A stretch of 20,724 nucleotides of DNA, taken from positions 1 to 20,724 of the forward strand of contig CAXTTL010000065.1 in NCBI GenBank assembly GCA_964247135.1, in the 5' to 3' direction. The stretch comes from an uncultured Deinococcales bacterium. Its GTDB lineage: Bacteria > Deinococcota > Deinococci > Deinococcales > JAAFIG01. A model generated the notes under the pieces. That model worked only from the letters and a program-made list of their open reading frames with translations, was not told where the DNA came from and did not search any database. Every line of letters begins with the position of its first letter. Position 1 is the stretch's first letter. Shown piece by piece: positions 1-8,841 of the stretch. The position numbers and the translations under genes were made by a program.

Positions 1-1748
1 CCCACGCCCATTTCGACCAAACCCATGTAAGTTTCAGAGTGGGCTTGAACATGATCGGCGTACAGGCTCATTTCTGTGCCGCCACCGAGCGCGAGGCTGA
101 ACGGTGCGGAAACCGTGGGAAACGGACTGAACCGCATACTGGTGGTCATTTTTTGGAACAGGCGGATGCCTTGGTCGATTTCATCAAACTCGCCCGATTG
201 GGCTTGCATCAAAAGCACCGCCAGGTTTGCGCCAGCACTGAAATGCTCGCCCTGGTTGCCCACAACCAAACCAACAAATTGCTCTGGCACGGTTTTCATG
301 GCAAATTGCATCATGCGAATCGCGTCTTCGCCCAAGCTGTTCATTTTGGAATGAAACTCGAGCAATGCCACGCCGTCGCCAATATCCAAGAGGCTTGCGC
401 CTTGCATAGTTTTGACGATTCTCGAGGCGTCTTTTTTCAAGTCTTTGAGGATGATCACGCCATCTTTAACGCTCGAGCCACCTTCGTAAAATTTCTTACC
501 AGAAGCCAGTTGATCGCTGAGGAGTTTGGGAATCTCGAGATTGAGCGCTTTGATGCCAGCAATCACCTGTTCAATTCCGAGGGCATCGCACAAATCGAAC
601 GCGCCAATCTCCCAGGCGAAACCCCATTTCAGGGCGTTGTCCACCTCGAGTACCGTGTCGGCGCAGGCTGGAATGTTGCTGGCAGCAAACCAGATCAAGC
701 CGTAAGTGCTGCGCCGCACCAGATCGCCGTATGCCCCCTCGAGTTTGAGCATGGCTTGAATGCGGTCAATGAGCGGCAAGCCACGAATTGGCTCGAGTTC
801 TGGCAGACGAACTTTGCCTTTGTCTTCGTACTCGAGCGTCTCGTAATTGAGCGTGAGGATGACGCTTTTGCCGTCTGTGCCTTGAATGCGTTTAAAAAAT
901 CCTTCGCCCGTTTTTTCGCCCAAACGCCCCAGAGACACCAGTTTCTCGAGAATCGGCGCTGGGGTGTAATCGAATTCGGTGGCGGCATCCAGATTTTTGG
1001 CAACCATCAAACCAATGTCCAAACCGCTGAGGTCGTTGGTGCGCATGGTGGCGCTCGAGGCATGACCAATGATCGGTCCCATCAGGGCATCGACCACGTC
1101 GGGCGCGAGTCCAAGATTGACGGCATCGCGGGTGATTTGACCCATGCCCCAAACGCCGATGCGGTTGGCGATAAAACCTGGCACGTCTTTGGCAACGACC
1201 ACGCCTTTACCCAGCACTTTATCGCCAAAATCAGAAATGGCTTTGATGACACTCGGTTCAGTGTCTTCTGTTGGGATGACCTCAAGCAACTTTAAATAAC
1301 GCGGTGGGTTGAAAAAGTGCGTGCCCACAAAACGTTTTTTAAACTCGAGCGAACGTCCTTCGATCTGGTCTTTCATGGGAATGCCGCTCGAGTTGGAACT
1401 TAATATCGTGTGTGCTCCAGCCACTTTTTCGACTTTCTCCCAGAATTCGCGCTTTGTTTCCAGACGCTCGAGGATGGCTTCAAAAACCCAGTCCACGTCT
1501 TTTAATTTGACCAAATCATCTTCGACGTTGCCCAATGTAATTAACTTCGCCACAGACGGGTGCATGAACGCGGCGGGTTTGGCTTTTAGGGCACGCTCGA
1601 GTCCGGCTTTGGCGACCTCGTTGCGGTCTTTTGCGCCGTCTTTAACAATGTCGAGCAGCAAAACGGGAATTCCAGCGTTGGCAAGGTGCGCGGCAACGGC
1701 GGCGCCCATTGTTCCAGAACCGACAACGGCAGCTTTTCTAATCTTCAT
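1..1748 (-). CDS. 3-hydroxyacyl-CoA dehydrogenase/enoyl-CoA hydratase family protein (FadN-like), 3' end runs off the window
   Basis: Not in the ORF track because its stop lies outside the window. Manual translation from ATG (CAT 1746-1748) gives MKIRKAAVVGSGTMGAAVAAHLANAGIPVLLLDIV...DVDWVFEAILE (Rossmann GxGxxG of 3HCDH_N). The window edge reads AHSETYMGLVEMGVG (crotonase domain). AGGAG RBS upstream. Confidence 0.93.
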   Translation of the reverse strand, partial: MKIRKAAVVGSGTMGAAVAAHLANAGIPVLLLDIVKDGAKDRNEVAKAGLERALKAKPAAFMHPSVAKLITLGNVEDDLVKLKDVDWVFEAILERLETKREFWEKVEKVAGAHTILSSNSSGIPMKDQIEGRSLEFKKRFVGTHFFNPPRYLKLLEVIPTEDTEPSVIKAISDFGDKVLGKGVVVAKDVPGFIANRIGVWGMGQITRDAVNLGLAPDVVDALMGPIIGHASSATMRTNDLSGLDIGLMVAKNLDAATEFDYTPAPILEKLVSLGRLGEKTGEGFFKRIQGTDGKSVILTLNYETLEYEDKGKVRLPELEPIRGLPLIDRIQAMLKLEGAYGDLVRRSTYGLIWFAASNIPACADTVLEVDNALKWGFAWEIGAFDLCDALGIEQVIAGIKALNLEIPKLLSDQLASGKKFYEGGSSVKDGVIILKDLKKDASRIVKTMQGASLLDIGDGVALLEFHSKMNSLGEDAIRMMQFAMKTVPEQFVGLVVGNQGEHFSAGANLAVLLMQAQSGEFDEIDQGIRLFQKMTTSMRFSPFPTVSAPFSLALGGGTEMSLYADHVQAHSETYMGLVEMGV

Positions 1749-2042
1749 GATGCTCCTAGGATACTCGAGAACAAGATTTTTGAACTTGGTCTAAGTTTAC
1801 GCTCGAGTGGTGGTTTCTGTAAACAGATCAGACATTCGGCTCGAGGATAGCTTTTATTCTCGAGCCAGGGCAAGGTTTTTTGAGGTCACTCGAGCTTGAT
1901 CGCTTTGGGTGAATGCTTCTTACCGCGTGCGGTTTCCTTGTCGAATATTGACAGCAAGATGACTGAAACTTGCTTATACTCTGAAACGTTCATTATCCGT
2001 TCGCCATCACGCTCGAGGGACGCAACTTCTTGAAAGGTCAAC

Positions 2043-4211
2043 ATGAAACGACTACTCTTTCTACCCATCATCACCACCCTCTTCATCGCCTGCCAACAAC
2101 CACCAACCCTGGTGCAGCAACCCAAAGCCATTGGCACGCTCGAGGTGAGTTTTGACCTGGATGCCAAAACAGCCCAGGTTTCTCGAGTTGCGAACCGTTC
2201 GGTGCTGACCCCAAGCCAAGTCAGTTTTACCAAACCCAATTCGCTCAGTTTTCTGGCGGACGCCACCACAGGCACGAATTACATCGGCGCGACGTTTGGC
2301 GTGAACAACCTCACCAACAACCCAATCACCGATTTGACCATCGTGGCGTACCAACAAACTGGCAACGCCGCCGACACCGCCCTGAAAAGCATCACCGATT
2401 TCAACAGCATCCCGTTAACCGCCACCCAACTTCAAACCTTCGCCCGTTCGGTGCAACCCACCAATTTTCCAAGTGCCGTCAGCCCACTGACCACCAACAA
2501 CACCCTGGCGGATTTACAACTCTTCCAAGAGTCCGAACTTGGCAGCCTCGAGACTGCCGCCAACAGTGCTGGCGAGATCAACACCGCAGGCGGCGAATAC
2601 CTGTTCCCTTACGGTTTTGTTGCCAGAAGCTCCAGCACCTCGAGGACGCTGGCAGCCAACAGCACCAACAATCAAGTCACCATTTCGATCCGAATTCCCA
2701 ACAACAACGAACCCAGCGTGGCAAACGCCAGACGGTTCGTGATGACCTTTGCGGTGTTCGACCAACCGCTTGGCGCGGGCGTCAAACGCATGAGCGAAAG
2801 TTATGAAGAACGCCACGGCACAAGCGCCGCCACTCGAGCCAGCAGCTTTGGCATTGCGTCAACTGCAATAGCGCAGTTAACCTCGAGCAGCGTGAGCAGT
2901 GGCATTTTGGTCAACGGGGTGCGCACCGCAGGCAGCAGCAGCAATGTTCAACGCATTCTGGGCGAACGCAGTTGGCAATTTGGCACAACTGCATCCGAAT
3001 ACGCTTACGGCGTGGCAACAGACCCAAGCGGCAATGTCTACTTGACTGGTGGTATCGAGAGCGGCAGTTTAGACGGTGTGACCACTGGCGGACTTGTCGA
3101 TCTGATCCTGGTCAAATACAACGCCAGCGGTGTCAGACAATGGATCAGGCAACTTGGTATCAATCCAAGCAATGGTACAACCGATAACGTTTACGGCTGG
3201 TCTATTGCGGCTGACTCGAGCGGTAACACCTACATTACCGGCGCAGTCAATGGAGATTTGGATGGTGCGGGACCAGAAGCAAGTGCCGGTGGAGACGATG
3301 TTATCGTTATCAAATACGATACCAATGGTACAAAGCAATGGGCGCACCAATTTGGATCAAATTCAACTGATTTTGGCGACAGTATCACCGTGGATTCCAG
3401 CAGCAATGTTTACATCACTGGTTTGACAAATGGTGATATTGATGGCGCAGGACCCGAAGTCTATGCGGGAAACGGAGATACGTTCGTTACCAAGTACAAC
3501 TCGAGCGGTGTAAGACAATGGATCAAGGAATTCGGAACAAGTACCAGCAGTGACATTGGTGCTGGTGTTGGCGTTGACTTCGGTGGCAATGTTTATGTTT
3601 CAGGTTACAGTGGTGGCAATTTTGATGGCAACACCAGCGCTGGAAGTTACGATAATTTTGTTATCAAGTTTAACTCCAGTGGTACGAAACAATGGTCAAG
3701 ATTACTTGGCACCACTGGAAACGAAACAGCTTACGGAATTGCAGTTGATGCCAACGGCAATTCATATACAACAGGAACTACCACAGGGAGCCTAGATGGC
3801 AATGTCAATCCACAGGTTGGAAATCAAGACCTTTACTTAATCAAATACGACTCGAATGGTAACAAACAATGGACTCGGCAATTTGGTGCGAGCGCCCAAG
3901 ATTATGCTTCAGAAGTTGCCCTTGATTCAACCGGTAATGTTTACATTTCTGGTTATGTGTTGGCTGCCGTCGATGGTAATTTCTTTGCTGGCAACCAAGA
4001 TATTGTTATCGTTAAATACGATACAAACGGCATCAAAAAATGGTCAAAACTTCTTGGCACAAGCGATTACGATAGCACTGGAGACATGGCAATCGAACCC
4101 AATGGTGATGTTTACTTGGGAACACAAACAACAACGGGCTGGGGAGGTGTCACCCACCTTGGTTCGAGTAGTGCAAGTGATATTTTGCTGCTTCGTGTGA
4201 GCAGCAACTAA
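2043..4211 (+). CDS. Lipoprotein with C-terminal SBBP beta-propeller repeats
   Basis: Signal peptide with lipobox LFIA-C. About seven repeats of the type 'D.A.gia.D..GNVYvtG.t.G..dG....G..D....KY...G.kqW.rqfG' from about aa 310. GAAAGG RBS. Confidence 0.88.
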   Translation: MKRLLFLPIITTLFIACQQPPTLVQQPKAIGTLEVSFDLDAKTAQVSRVANRSVLTPSQVSFTKPNSLSFLADATTGTNYIGATFGVNNLTNNPITDLTIVAYQQTGNAADTALKSITDFNSIPLTATQLQTFARSVQPTNFPSAVSPLTTNNTLADLQLFQESELGSLETAANSAGEINTAGGEYLFPYGFVARSSSTSRTLAANSTNNQVTISIRIPNNNEPSVANARRFVMTFAVFDQPLGAGVKRMSESYEERHGTSAATRASSFGIASTAIAQLTSSSVSSGILVNGVRTAGSSSNVQRILGERSWQFGTTASEYAYGVATDPSGNVYLTGGIESGSLDGVTTGGLVDLILVKYNASGVRQWIRQLGINPSNGTTDNVYGWSIAADSSGNTYITGAVNGDLDGAGPEASAGGDDVIVIKYDTNGTKQWAHQFGSNSTDFGDSITVDSSSNVYITGLTNGDIDGAGPEVYAGNGDTFVTKYNSSGVRQWIKEFGTSTSSDIGAGVGVDFGGNVYVSGYSGGNFDGNTSAGSYDNFVIKFNSSGTKQWSRLLGTTGNETAYGIAVDANGNSYTTGTTTGSLDGNVNPQVGNQDLYLIKYDSNGNKQWTRQFGASAQDYASEVALDSTGNVYISGYVLAAVDGNFFAGNQDIVIVKYDTNGIKKWSKLLGTSDYDSTGDMAIEPNGDVYLGTQTTTGWGGVTHLGSSSASDILLLRVSSN

Positions 4212-4224
4212 ACCCAACACAATC

Positions 4225-4257
4225 ACCCCTCGAGCCAGCAAACTCGAGGGGTATTTT
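4225..4257. terminator. Probable bidirectional intrinsic terminator between convergent genes
   Basis: Perfect 10-bp inverted repeat ACCCCTCGAG (4225-4234) / CTCGAGGGGT (4243-4252) followed by ATTTT, between stops at 4211 (+) and 4256 (-). Confidence 0.7.
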
Positions 4258-4660
4258 AAGTTGAGTTTTGATGGCTGTTGTCACAAAACGGTTTGTTGTT
4301 CGATTGCCCACAAGTACACAAGGTCGCTCGAGTTTCAGGCTGTATTTCACCAGCAACATTCAAAAACACCAGATCACCCCGCACCTCGAGCCGCCCATCT
4401 GGAAGGGAACGAAATGTTGTCGGGCTTGATGGAATTTCCGTCACACCGCTCGAGCTTTCAAACTGCAATGCGCCCGACGGACAACGGCTGACCACGTCCA
4501 TCACCCGTTCGGCGCTGGCATGATTGGGTCGAATCCACGGTCGCGCTTTGGAATCAAACACTTCTGGCAAGCCTCGCACGCATTCGCCTGCATGAATGCA
4601 ACGGCTCGAGTCAAAAAACACGGTGATGTCGGGGCTGGTATAGGCTTTGCCGGGTTTCAT
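4256..4660 (-). CDS. Divergent 4Fe-4S (Fer4_19, YjdI-like) plus CDGSH iron-sulfur domain protein
   Basis: Start moved to MKPGKAY (CAT 4658-4660, GAGGTG RBS). CIHAGECV...PWI...CPSGAL marks Fer4_19, and LCTCGQSNNKPFCDNSH marks a CDGSH-type site. Confidence 0.88.
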   Translation of the reverse strand: MKPGKAYTSPDITVFFDSSRCIHAGECVRGLPEVFDSKARPWIRPNHASAERVMDVVSRCPSGALQFESSSGVTEIPSSPTTFRSLPDGRLEVRGDLVFLNVAGEIQPETRATLCTCGQSNNKPFCDNSHQNST

Positions 4661-4674
4661 GCGTTCACCTCGAG

Positions 4675-4986
4675 TTAGCTCACCATGTACAAAAATCGTT
4701 CCGGCACAAGATCGCGGTACTCCTGATGCCGACGGATGTACGCCGCCACAAACGGGCAAAGCGGCACGGCACTGAAATGGTTGGCTCGGGCATCATCGAG
4801 CGCGAATTTGATCAAGGCACTCGCCACGCCTTGCCCCTCGAGCGACTCTGGGACTTCAGTGTGGGTAAAAATGCTGACATCGCCTTTGGAGTGGTACTCG
4901 GCAACCGCCAGCGCCTCTCCGATGCGGGCTTCAAAGCGTCCTAGGTCTTTGTTGTTGACGATCTCGAGGTTTGATTGGGTGCTCAT
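4675..4986 (-). CDS. GNAT family N-acetyltransferase (YjdJ / Acetyltransf_CG type)
   Basis: FTHTEVPESLEGQGVASAL...VPLCPFVAAYIRRH signature, AGGAG RBS, adjacent to the YjdI-like gene. Confidence 0.9.
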   Translation of the reverse strand: MSTQSNLEIVNNKDLGRFEARIGEALAVAEYHSKGDVSIFTHTEVPESLEGQGVASALIKFALDDARANHFSAVPLCPFVAAYIRRHQEYRDLVPERFLYMVS

Positions 4987-5030
4987 TTCACTCCTGATTT
5001 TCTGATCTTGGCTGCTCGAGACAAGTTAAA

Positions 5031-6611
5031 CTATTCGCGCACGCCTTGAATATTGCCGATGCACATTTCATCCTGGGTGCTTTCGCCCCAGACGATGTAA
5101 CGCGGTTTTTCTTGCACGCCGTTGATCCAGGGTTGATTTTGTGGGCTGTTGTCGTAGATGCAAGTAATCCGCAACGTATCGCCCTTGTAAATCTTGAAGG
5201 GTTTTTCAAAATAAAACGCGCTCTGCCAGTGAAAATCCCAGTGCGGAATGTCCAAGGCGACAATCCGTTTTTTGGGATCGTTTGGATTGATCTCGAGCTT
5301 GACGCTCGAGCCTCGGGTGTGCATGTGACCTTGTGCACCGATTGCCAGAAGGTTTTTGTTGACTGGAAAATCACATTGCGTCACGACTTTATTTGAATTC
5401 TCGCCACTTGTTGGCAGTTCATGTTTGCAGACCGTTGCCATCAGACCGCTGTGCAAAATGTTGGTCAACCAAGGTTCTTGGTATTTGCTCACGGCTTTGT
5501 ACGCCGCTTCACGGTTGCAAGGGTCGCTCGAGTCGGTCGGGTACACTCCAGCGCATGGAATTTCGACGGCGGCGGCAGCCGCAGCCATTCCAAGTGGCTT
5601 GAGGACTTCACCTGGCTTGGACAGGTAAAACTGCGCGGTCGTGCGGTCTGTTAGCACCTCGTCGGCTTTGGCTGCCAGCAGGTTGTAATGCACCTGCATC
5701 ACGAGTTGCGTGCCAGGTTTTAAGGCAATCCCCGTGCCTTCGGGAAATTCAATGGCGCTCGAGCCTGGAACCCACGAACCCGCGTAACCCAGCACGTCCT
5801 CGGCTTTGGTGGTGTCGCCAGTCGTGGCGGCATTGGCTGCCGCATCGCGCAGCGCCTGATTGCCCACGTTTGGACCGCCAAAGCAAGTCCAGCCCCCTCG
5901 AGCGTCGCTGTCTGCCTCGCGCTGCTTGGCTTCAAGAATGGTTTTTCCTTGAATCGAAAACAGAATCACGTGATGCACCACGCTCGGGTCGCCTGGCACA
6001 ATGTTGTAACCCGTGATAAAGCGCTGCGACTCGAGTTTGGGGTCGATCAGAAAACAACGGTACTCGTCGGTCAGGCTGCGGTCTGGCGCAAAATCGCGTC
6101 CGGTATCGATGCTTAAATCTGGTTTGGCTTGAGCCTTTTTGGCTGCAACTGGCGCGGCAGTCTCGAGCTTCCCAAGCGGTGAACCCGCCCACTGCCAATT
6201 TGCCAGAATCGCAATTTCGTTGTCGGTCAAGACCCTGGCGTCCTTGAATGCTGGACTCTCCCCTGCTGGCAACCAAGGCGGCATCCGTTTGCTTTGCACC
6301 GCCAACTGCACGGCTCGAGCGTGTTCAATGGCGGCTTTGGGATCGGTCAGGCTGAACGGCGCGATGCCGCCTTCGGTGTGACACCCTGCGCATTTTGCCT
6401 CGAGAATCGGACGGACATGACCGTAATAGGTGGGAATGTAAGGCAGGACTGGTGGCAAACTCGAGTTGAGGTTGCCCTGCCAGGAGTTGTGCGAATGCGC
6501 CAACATTGGACGGGTTTCACCGACGCTCGAGCGCCGAACGCCCGCCATCGCTCCGCCGAGCAACGCCAAACCGAGTGCCATCACAACCAAAATTCGAGCG
6601 TTGGGTTTCAT
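5031..6611 (-). CDS. Exported c-type cytochrome / copper type II ascorbate-dependent monooxygenase-like protein
   Basis: Likely start MKPNAR (CAT 6609-6611) with an N-terminal hydrophobic segment. Heme motif CAGCH and MPPW. PHM/DBH-like copper motifs VHHVIL, QVHYN, HMHTRG and DEMC. Confidence 0.85.
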   Translation of the reverse strand: MKPNARILVVMALGLALLGGAMAGVRRSSVGETRPMLAHSHNSWQGNLNSSLPPVLPYIPTYYGHVRPILEAKCAGCHTEGGIAPFSLTDPKAAIEHARAVQLAVQSKRMPPWLPAGESPAFKDARVLTDNEIAILANWQWAGSPLGKLETAAPVAAKKAQAKPDLSIDTGRDFAPDRSLTDEYRCFLIDPKLESQRFITGYNIVPGDPSVVHHVILFSIQGKTILEAKQREADSDARGGWTCFGGPNVGNQALRDAAANAATTGDTTKAEDVLGYAGSWVPGSSAIEFPEGTGIALKPGTQLVMQVHYNLLAAKADEVLTDRTTAQFYLSKPGEVLKPLGMAAAAAAVEIPCAGVYPTDSSDPCNREAAYKAVSKYQEPWLTNILHSGLMATVCKHELPTSGENSNKVVTQCDFPVNKNLLAIGAQGHMHTRGSSVKLEINPNDPKKRIVALDIPHWDFHWQSAFYFEKPFKIYKGDTLRITCIYDNSPQNQPWINGVQEKPRYIVWGESTQDEMCIGNIQGVRE

Positions 6612-6689
6612 TTCAAAACGATAGCAAAAAATCGTGAATTCAAGATCATGCAAAAGCACAATCTCGAGCTTTCGGGTTAAACTTATTTA

Positions 6690-6770
6690 TCGCGCTTGTG
6701 GCAGCCGACGGTTCGATTCCGCTTGGCTAGCCGCCGACCACCAAGGTCGCTCGGGTGTGAGGGTGCACGT
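6690..6770 (+). promoter_or_regulatory. Putative structured 5' leader (T-loop hairpin plus second hairpin) of the DUF62 gene
   Basis: -10-like TAAACT at 6678-6683. Stem 6698-6711 / 6719-6734 capped by TTCGATT. Hairpin CGACC-ACCAA-GGTCG at 6735-6749. Confidence 0.4.
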
Positions 6771-7616
6771 ATGAACAATTTATCAGCCTTGGTCTTGATG
6801 ACCGATTTCGGACTTCGTGATGGCGCGGTGGCAGCCATGAAGGGCGTGGCTCGAGAGGTCAACACAGATTTGAACGTGGTTGATCTGAGCCACGAGATTC
6901 CGGCGTTCAACATTCTCGAGGGTGGTTACAGGCTGCGGCAAACCGCGCCGTACTGGTCGGCGGGAACGGTCTTTGTGATCGTGGTTGACCCTGGTGTTGG
7001 GACAAACCGCAAGAGTGTGGCGGCAAGAGACGCCGGCGGACGCATTTACGTCTGTCCAGACAACGGTTTGCTGACCCTGATCGAGGACGATTTGGGTCCG
7101 CTCGAGGCGTTCGAGATCGACGAGATCATGCACCGCCTTCCAGGCTCGAGCGAGAGTTACACCTTTTTGGGACGGGATTTGTACGCTTTTGTCGGCGCGA
7201 AATTGGCTTCTGGTTTGCTCGAGTTTGGCAAGATTGGCGAGGTGTTGCCCAAAATCACCAGGCTCGAGATTGAAGCGCCATTACGGGTTGAGAATGCAGT
7301 GCGCGGCGTGATTCCAGTACTCGACATTCAATTTGGGAATGTTTGGACGAACATTCCCAAGCACTTGCTGGACGAATTGGGCGTCAAACTGGGCGATCAA
7401 CTCGAGGTTCGGGTCTTCAAACACCATCAGTTGATCTACCAAGAAACCCTGCCTTACGTGCCAAGTTTTGGGCATGTCAAACTCGGCGAGCGTCTGGTCT
7501 ACGTCAACAGCCTCCTTAATGCCAGCCTCGGCATGAACTGCTCGAGTTTCGCGGCTCATTTTGGCGTCTCGAGCGGCGAGGGTTGGAGTGTCGAATTGCG
7601 AACAATCAAGCTTTAA
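6771..7616 (+). CDS. SAM hydrolase / SAM-dependent halogenase family protein (DUF62)
   Basis: Start at ATG 6771 (MNNLSALVLMTDFG). Motifs TDFG, DLSHEI, VVDPGVGTNR, PDNGLL, TF(L)GRD and DIQFGNVWTNI. Confidence 0.92.
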   Translation: MNNLSALVLMTDFGLRDGAVAAMKGVAREVNTDLNVVDLSHEIPAFNILEGGYRLRQTAPYWSAGTVFVIVVDPGVGTNRKSVAARDAGGRIYVCPDNGLLTLIEDDLGPLEAFEIDEIMHRLPGSSESYTFLGRDLYAFVGAKLASGLLEFGKIGEVLPKITRLEIEAPLRVENAVRGVIPVLDIQFGNVWTNIPKHLLDELGVKLGDQLEVRVFKHHQLIYQETLPYVPSFGHVKLGERLVYVNSLLNASLGMNCSSFAAHFGVSSGEGWSVELRTIKL

Positions 7617-7637
7617 AACCAGATGCTAGACTTATTC

Positions 7638-8816
7638 ATGAACATCAAAACCGAACTCGAGGCGTTACAACCCAGCATGGTCGCCATGCGCCGCGACTTT
7701 CACGCCAACCCCGAACTCGGCTTTCAAGAATTTCGCACCAGCAAAATTCTGGGCGATCACCTCGAGCAACTGGGCTTTGAAGTCGAACGAAATGTCGGCA
7801 TTACGGGCGTGATTGGGCGCTTGAAGGGCGGCAAACCGGGCAAAACCGTGATGATTCGCGCCGACATTGACGCGCTACCGATCCTCGAGACGACGGGGGC
7901 AAGTTATGCCTCACAGAAGCCTGGTGTGATGCACGCCTGCGGTCACGACGGTCATGCGACGATTGCAGCCCATGTTGCCACCGTGTTCGCTCAAAATCGT
8001 TCTGAACTTTCAGGAACGTTCAAATTTGTTTTTCAACCCGCCGAGGAAGTGGTGGGCGGCGCAACCGCGATGCTCGAGCAAAAAACCGATTTGATGGATG
8101 ACGTGGACGCGGTGGTGGGTTTGCACTTGTGGAATGACAAACCTGTGGGTTGGGTCGGCGTTCGGGCTGGTGCGGTCATGGCAGCACCCGACAGCTTCAC
8201 GATCACCATTCAAGGCAAGGGCGGTCATGCCGCATCGCCGCATCAAGCGATTGATCCTGTGGTAATCGCCGCGCATTTGATCACCGCGCTTCAAACCCTG
8301 GTCAGCCGTGAAACCAACCCAACCAATACCGCCGTGGTCACGATTGCCAGCCTGAAAGCGGGCGAGGGCGCGAGCAATATCATTCCCGAAAGCGCGGAGT
8401 TGCGCGGCACACTGCGAACCTTTGATAGCCAGTTGCGCTCGAGATTAACAAATCGCATCAAAGAGATGAGTGTCAACCTCTCGAGTGCGTTCGGCGCAAG
8501 TGCCAGCGTGGACTGGGTGGATGGTCCGCCGCCTGTGGTCAACGATGCCAGCCTGACCACACGTTTTGAAACGGTGGCGCTAGAGGTCAACGGCAGCGTC
8601 AGCACCGCCGATCAGACGATGGGTGGCGAAGATGTCGCCGAATTCTTGGCACGCAAACCAGGCGTGTTCTTCTTCGTGGGTTCAAACGATGCCGCCACAG
8701 GACGCGACAAAGCCCACCATCACCCAGGGTTTGACTTCGACGACGAACGCGCTTTGCCACTCGCAGCAGAATTGCTGGCAAAAACCGCGCTCGAGTTTTC
8801 AAAAATCCAAACTTGA
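7638..8816 (+). CDS. M20 family amidohydrolase (M20D/Acy1-like)
   Basis: RRDFHANPELGFQE, RADIDALP, MHACGHDGH, FQPAEE, GKGGHA and HHHPGF motifs. Start 7638 preferred because TGC-TAGACT lies 5 nt upstream (leaderless); the alternative is 7623. Confidence 0.93.
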   Translation: MNIKTELEALQPSMVAMRRDFHANPELGFQEFRTSKILGDHLEQLGFEVERNVGITGVIGRLKGGKPGKTVMIRADIDALPILETTGASYASQKPGVMHACGHDGHATIAAHVATVFAQNRSELSGTFKFVFQPAEEVVGGATAMLEQKTDLMDDVDAVVGLHLWNDKPVGWVGVRAGAVMAAPDSFTITIQGKGGHAASPHQAIDPVVIAAHLITALQTLVSRETNPTNTAVVTIASLKAGEGASNIIPESAELRGTLRTFDSQLRSRLTNRIKEMSVNLSSAFGASASVDWVDGPPPVVNDASLTTRFETVALEVNGSVSTADQTMGGEDVAEFLARKPGVFFFVGSNDAATGRDKAHHHPGFDFDDERALPLAAELLAKTALEFSKIQT

Positions 8817-8841
8817 CAGGTGATGCTCGAGCCGATAATCT
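8813..8841 (+). promoter_or_regulatory. Sigma70-type promoter of tRNA-Thr
   Basis: TTGACA (8813-8818), 17-nt spacer, TAATCT (8836-8841). Confidence 0.7.

Noticed and set aside
39-1295. 418-aa plus-strand ORF (and 1309-1794)
   Set aside because: Antisense shadow of the clearly recognisable minus-strand 3-hydroxyacyl-CoA dehydrogenase; no motifs of its own.
2972-4200. Repeated sequence resembling an array or CRISPR
   Set aside because: Degenerate protein-level SBBP repeats inside an ORF; no identical repeat-spacer structure.
6703-6728. Possible tRNA or FMN riboswitch (GCCGACGGTTCGATTCCG)
   Set aside because: No cloverleaf, D arm or CCA, and the other FMN conserved blocks are missing. Kept only as an unclassified leader.
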